Positions 58,301-64,000 of a stretch of 64,000 nucleotides of DNA are shown here, one piece after another. The notes under the pieces were generated by a model that was not told where the DNA came from, ran no database searches, and saw nothing but the letters and a program-made list of their open reading frames with translations. Origin of the DNA: Anaeramoeba ignava BMAN (taxonomy: Eukaryota; Protista; Anaeramoebae); assembly GCA_028826165.1 (NCBI GenBank), contig JAPDFW010000135.1, forward strand, positions 62,001 to 126,000. The letters run 5' to 3'. Each line of letters starts with the position of its first letter. Position 1 is the first letter of the stretch. Position numbers and translations under genes: made by a program.

Positions 58301-61300
58301 TGATTTTGATTTTGATTTTGATTTTGATTTTGATTTTGATTTTGATTTTGATTTTGATTTTCATTTTCATTTTGAATTTGATTTTGATTTTGATTTTGAT
58401 TTTGATTTTGATTTTGATTTTGATTTTGATTTTGATTTTGATTTTGATTTTGATTTTGATTTAAATTTTGATTTTGATTTTGATTTTGATTTTGATTTTG
58501 ATTTTGATTTTGATTTTGATTTTGATTTTGATTTTGATTTTGATTTTGATTTTGATTTTGATTTTGATTTTCATTTTGATTTTGATTTTGATTTTTGATT
58601 TTTGATTTTTGATTTTCATTTGGATTTTGATTTTGATTTAAATTTTGATTTTTGATTTAAATTTTGATTTTTTTGATTTTGATTTTGATTTTGATTTTGA
58701 TTTTGATTTTCATTGAATTGTGATTCATAAAATCTTTTTTAATTGTTCATCAAAAAACGATTTTTTAATGGAAATGGTTGTAAATAATTCTGATCATATT
58801 TTTATCAAGAGGAACAAATTCAGTACCCCTATAATAAAACTCTTGAGGAATAAGCTTCCACAAACAATAATCAGCAATTTCTTCATCATTCAAGTTACAA
58901 AGTGATAATTTTTCTGAATTTTCTAATATTTGGGAAATAAGGATGAGACCAAGTAAAATGATCATCAAGTTGTGAGAATATTTTCCATAATTATTCTCAA
59001 CATGGGTCATTTTTATAAATTCTCCAAATTTATTCCTTGCAGGTCCTAAAATTGATAATGGACCTATTTGTCTTGGTTTAAAAGCAAATTCACCTTTTTC
59101 TATATAAAAAATAGAATCTTGGTTTTGATCAAATGAATTTTTGAGCTTGATGTAATAAATCATCAAATGATTGATCTTCCATTTTGTGAGAATTGGATAA
59201 TTCAAATACGAAAACATATCCTTTAAATCTTGTTGGTAATGTAATTAAACAAAGGGAATCTGGTGAAAAACATGCATCTAAAATTGAAATGCTTTGATCA
59301 TAAAATATAGGTTTCAATTTGAGTGGTGCTCCTGCCACAATTTCCCAAACTACAAAACTTGATTTTCCTTTATAAATCATTCTGTCGACAATTAAAAATC
59401 TGAAATCTGATGAAATGGATATTTTTGGGTTGAATATATTGTAAATTTGCATCCTTGGCAAATTTTAATTTGTGGATATCAATAAATTTTTCTCATCTAC
59501 ACCAAGATCTTTAATTTCAAATTCATTTCCCATGAAATTATCAACTAAATTATTAAAAGAAGAATTTGATTCAATATTTTGATTTTTCTTTTTGAACAAT
59601 TTTTTTTTCATTTTATTTTTGTTTTCTAACTTTTTAGAATAATGTCTTTTTCTTCTATATCAAATGGATAAAATTATCAACAAGAGGATATATTCTCACT
59701 TCTCCTTTTAAGTTTATAATCATTATTATATATATCATCAAATCCTGGATTTTCTTCATCATATCTTAATAATACATGTGGAATATATATTGTGAAAATA
59801 TTACTTTTTGATGAATGTCTTTCAAGAAATATAATTAAATTTTTGGGTTTTCCAAAAATATATTTTGATTTTTGAATGATTTTCAGATTGTGTACCACAA
59901 AAGAATCTTTTTAAGCTAATTTTTAATTTATAATTTAATTTATATTTTTATTTATAATTTTAATTTATAATTTTATTTATAATTTTATTTTATAATTTTA
60001 TTTATAATTTAATTTATAATTTTAATTTTATAATTTTATTTATAATTTTATTTATAATTTTATTTATAATTTTATTTATATAATTTAATTTATATTTTTA
60101 TTTATAATAATTTAATTTATAATTTTATTTATAATTTAATTTATAATTTTATTTATAATTTTATTTATAATTTATTTATATTTTAATTTATAATTTTATT
60201 TATAATTTTATTTATAATTTTTATTTAATTTTATTTATAATTTTATTTATAATTTTATTTATGTTTTTAATTTTTATTTTTTTATTTTAATTTATAATTT
60301 TATTTATAATTTTATTTTATATTTATTTTAATTTTTATTTTATTTATAATTTTTATTTATAATTTAATTTATAATTTAATTTATAATTTTATTTATAATT
60401 TAAATTTATAATTTTAATTTATAATTTTTATTTATAATTTTTTTTATAATTTTATTTTATTATGTTTATAATTTTATTTATAATTTAATTTATATTTTAT
60501 TTATAATTTTCTTTATATTTTCATTTATAATTTTAATTTATAATTTTATTTATAATTTTTATTTATAATTTCAATTTTATGATTTAATTTTATAATTTTA
60601 ATTTTTATAATTTTTTATATTTGATTTTATTTTAAATTTAATTTATAATTTTATTTATAATTTTAATTTATAATTTAATTTATAGTTTTTAATTTATAAT
60701 TTAAATTTTAATTTTTATTTTATAATTTAATTTTATTTAATTTATATTTTTATTTTATAATTTAAATTTATAATTTAATTTTTATTTATAATTTAATTTA
60801 TAATTTAATTTATAATTTTATTTATAATTTTTTATTTATAATTTTATTTTATTTAATTTTTTTTTTATAATTTTAATTTATGGTTTTAAATTTATAATTT
60901 TATTTATAATTTAATTTATAATTTTATTTATGATTTTTATTTTATAATTTAATTTATGTTTTTATTTATAATTTCAATTTATATTTTTAATTTATAATTT
61001 TATTTATAATTTTAATTTATAATTTTATTTATAATTTTATTTATAATTTAATTTATAATTTAATTTATATTTTATTTATAATTTTATTTATATTTTTTAA
61101 TTTATAATTTTATTTATAATTTAATTTATAATTTTTATTTATATTTTTAATTTATAATTTAATTTATAATTTTTAATTTTTATAATTTTAATTTATATTT
61201 TATTTATAATTTTAATTTATAATTTAATTTATAATTTTATTTATTTATAATTTTATTTATAATTTTATTTATAATTTTTATTTATAATTTAATTTATGAT

Positions 61301-63589
61301 TTTTTATTTATAATTTTTATTTATAATTTAATTTATAATTTAATTTATATTTTAATTTATAATTTATTTATAATTTATTTTAAATTTATTTTTAATTTTG
61401 TTTATAGTTTTTTATTTTATATTTTAATTATAATTTATAATTTTGTTTTATAATTTAATTTATAATTTTTATTTATTTATTATATTTTTATTTATTTTTT
61501 ATTTATAATTTTATTTATAATTTTATTTTATAGTTGAATTTTATAATTTAATTTATAATTGCAATTTTATTTTTTTTTTTGTTTTTAATTTTATAAATTT
61601 TGTTTTTTAATTTTATAGTTTTTTTATTTTTAATTTTATTTATTATTTTTTTTAGTTTTTATATTTTTAATTTATAATTTTATTTTATAATTTTAATTTT
61701 TAATTTTATTTATATAATTTTAAGTTTTTTATTTATTTAGAATTTATTTTCATTTTTTGTTTATAATAATTTATTTATATTTTTTAATTTATTGTTTTTA
61801 TTTATAATTTAATTTATAATTTTTATTTTTATGTTTTTATTTATGATTTTAATTTTATTTTAGATTTTATAATTTTATTTTATAGTTTTTATTTTTTATA
61901 ATTTTATTTATAATTTTTTTATAGTTTTTTATTTTTATTTTGTTTTAATTTTTTTATTTATAATTTTATTTATAATTTATATTTTATAATTTTTTTTATA
62001 ATTTTTAGTTTTATGATTTTTGATTTATAATTTTGTTTTATATTTTTTATTTATGATTTTATTTTATATTTTTTATTTATAAATTTTTATTTATATTTAA
62101 TTTATAATTTTATTTATAATTTTTAATTTATAATTTAATTTATAATTTTTATTTATAAATTTTGTTTACTCAGTTTAGTTTTTTTGTTTATAGTTTTTAA
62201 TTTATAGTTTTTAATTTTACAATTTAATTTATATTTTAATTTATATTTTTATTTATAGTTTTTATTTATAATTTTAATTTATAATTTAATTTATAATTTA
62301 ATTTATAATTTTATTTATAGTTTAATTTTATAATTTTATTTTAATTTTTGTTTATTTTTATTTTAATTTTATAATTTAATTTATAATTTTATAATTTTAT
62401 ATTTATATAATTTTATTTATAATTTTATTTATAATTTTTGTTTATAATTTTATTTATATAATTTTATTTTTATTTTGATTTTATTTAATTTCAATTTTAT
62501 TTTTATTTATAATTTAATTTTTATAAGTTTTTATTTATAATTTTATTTATATTTTTATTTATAATTTTAATTTTAAGTTTTTATTTATAGTTTTTATTTT
62601 TATAGTTTTTTGATTTTATAATTTATTTTATAGTTTTTTATTTATAAGTTTTTATTTTATAATGATTTATTTATAATTTTTATTTATAATTTTAATTTAT
62701 AATTTTATTTATTTATTTATTTTTTTTTATTTATTTTTATGGTTTTTTAATTTATAATTTTATTTTGCCTAATTTTTATTTTATAATTTTGTTTATAATT
62801 TTATTTTATAGTTTTAATTTTATATTTATAATTTTATAATTTTATTTATAATTTTATTTATAATTTTTATTTTTTGTTTATGATTTTATATATTTATTTT
62901 TTTGTATTTATAATTTATAATTTATAATTTAATTTATAATTTTATTTATAGTTGGTTTATAATTTTTTTTATTATTTAATTTATAATTTTTATTTATAAT
63001 TTAATTTATTATTTTATAGTTTTTTAAGTTTAATTTTCATTTTTTATTTTTAATTTTAATTTCATTTTTTAATTGGTTTTTATTAGTTTAATTTAATTTA
63101 TAATTTTTTTTTTTATTTTTTATTTATAATTTTATTTTATATTTTTAGTTTTTTGTTTTATATTTTTATTTATAAGTTTTATTTATAATTTAATTTTATA
63201 ATTTAATTTATTATAATTTAATTTATAATTTTATTTATAATTTTATTTATAATTTTTATTTATAATTTTTATATAATTTTATTTATAATTTTATTTATAA
63301 TTTTATTTATAATTTTATTTATAATTCAAACAAACCTTTAAAAAGGAAATGGTTTTAAAAAGAGTATTCATATAATTTTAACATATTGGAACTTACGAAG
63401 AGAAATAAATTGATAAATATTTAAACAAATAAAAGGAAATTTATAAAAATTGACCATCAGATAATTTCAAAGTAAATCTATCAAAACAAGAAGAATTAAC
63501 CAATTCCAATAATTTGAAGAATAGGTTCTTTAACAGTTTTTCCTTGTACAATATCTATAATTGAACCACTTGTTAAAAGGAGAATTCAT
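55327..63589 (-). CDS. Large protein: RPA70N-like OB domain, possible beta-propeller region, long NQ/NL tracts, C-terminal MYND-like zinc finger; intron 59916-63335; many indels
   Basis: N-terminus reconstructs as [33 protein letters not shown]; next exon [13 protein letters not shown]; C-terminus [14 protein letters not shown]. The joining of all segments is tentative. Confidence 0.45.
59916..63335 (-). repeat. About 3.4 kb degenerate (TTTATAATT)-type satellite intron
   Basis: Direct reading; minus-strand AAAG|GTTTGT donor and ATTAG acceptor; interior looks like low-quality consensus. Confidence 0.7.
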
Positions 63590-63640
63590 TTTAAATAAAA
63601 ATGAAAAATGAAAAATGAAAAATGAAAAATGAAAAATGAT
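63590..63640 (-). promoter_or_regulatory. Six tandem TTTTCAT initiator-like units upstream of ATG 63589
   Basis: (ATGAAAA)n on the plus strand immediately 5' of the gene. Confidence 0.55.
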
Positions 63641-63648
63641 TTTTATTT

Positions 63649-64000
63649 TTAAATTATTTTCAAAATTCTTTTTAATAATTGTGTTGGATTGAAAGGAAAA
63701 GATTCTTTTTGATATGACAGAACTTGATGATTGATAAATACAACTTCATAAATATTTTCTGTATTCCTTCTTTTTCTTCCTTAAATCTTCTTCATCAATT
63801 TTTCTTTTTATTTTATTTAAATTTTTAATTTCAAATAATTTGAATAAAATTTTAAGAAATGAAACAAATAAACTAACACAAGTTCGCTCATTTCCGCGCT
63901 TAGAATCAATCAAGTAATATTGCATGATCGAAACCTAATTTCTTGAGCAAATATTTCAAACATTTTAATTGGTGAAAAATTTAATCTAAAATTTGAAATT
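63649..64000 (-). CDS. 3' end of an unidentified gene
   Basis: Coding-like frame ..NIYEVVFINHQVLSYQKESFPFNPTQLLKRILKII*; upstream part frameshifted or intronic. Confidence 0.35.

Noticed and set aside
2274-58464. ORFs of ILILIL, FDFDF, NFNF, KIKIK, FCFVL, KTKQN type (e.g. 2274-2919, 4480-5130, 13358-13999, 18175-18543, 25366-25873, 53296-54232, 56002-58464)
   Set aside because: Stop-free frames of intronic, intergenic or antisense microsatellites; not genes
5030-59700. Frequent frameshifts as programmed ribosomal frameshifting or mass pseudogenisation
   Set aside because: Nearly all lie in A/T homopolymers, go in both directions and hit conserved housekeeping genes. The one at ~27243 (ATTCGAAGAT) looks like a merge of the paralogue alleles CAA and GAA. 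Long-read consensus error is the simpler explanation.
59916-63335. Telomeric or centromeric satellite
   Set aside because: No G-rich telomere unit; bounded by plausible splice sites within a gene, with more genes beyond
1-64000. Alternative genetic code, inteins, U12/AT-AC introns, tRNA/rRNA genes, transposases
   Set aside because: Long ORFs read cleanly in the standard code with TAA, TAG and TGA all used as stops. I saw no Hint-domain insertions, all inferred introns are GT-AG without the ATCCT donor, and no structured RNA or transposase motifs were visible by eye.

Overview
Very AT-rich, gene-dense eukaryotic (protist) nuclear DNA using the standard genetic code, with GT-AG introns and abundant hexamer microsatellites. 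The NQ-rich proteins, BTB/RCC1/TLDc expansions, Trichomonas-like TCATTT initiators, divergent Sam50 and an ML-leader nitroreductase fit an anaerobic metamonad amoeba such as Anaeramoeba; this identification is inference only. Two intron-rich housekeeping blocks lie at 1-23.5 kb (Sam50, divergent CCT1, TTC1, DHHC, LolD-type ABC ATPase, PSF3, SH3-SH3-RasGAP, RWD-F-box-LRR, VTI1, TSR2, HMG-box) and 50.4-64 kb (DUF445, AGFG-type ArfGAP, nitroreductase, RPA70N-like fusion). They flank an intronless, actively rearranging island of about 26 kb (23.8-50.2 kb) rich in BTB (Cullin-3 adaptor type) genes. The best candidate for an undescribed system is a diversified receptor repertoire in that island. It comprises four RCC1-propeller-BTB-BTB paralogues with near-constant framework and BTB tail but hypervariable, mosaic loop patches, and a SKICH/Ig-like-repeat gene on the same BTB tail with variable loops. 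Some RCC1-BTB copies are co-amplified in tandem with a divergent actin, and gene fragments break at microsatellite linkers. Most frameshifts fall in homopolymers and are probably long-read consensus errors.
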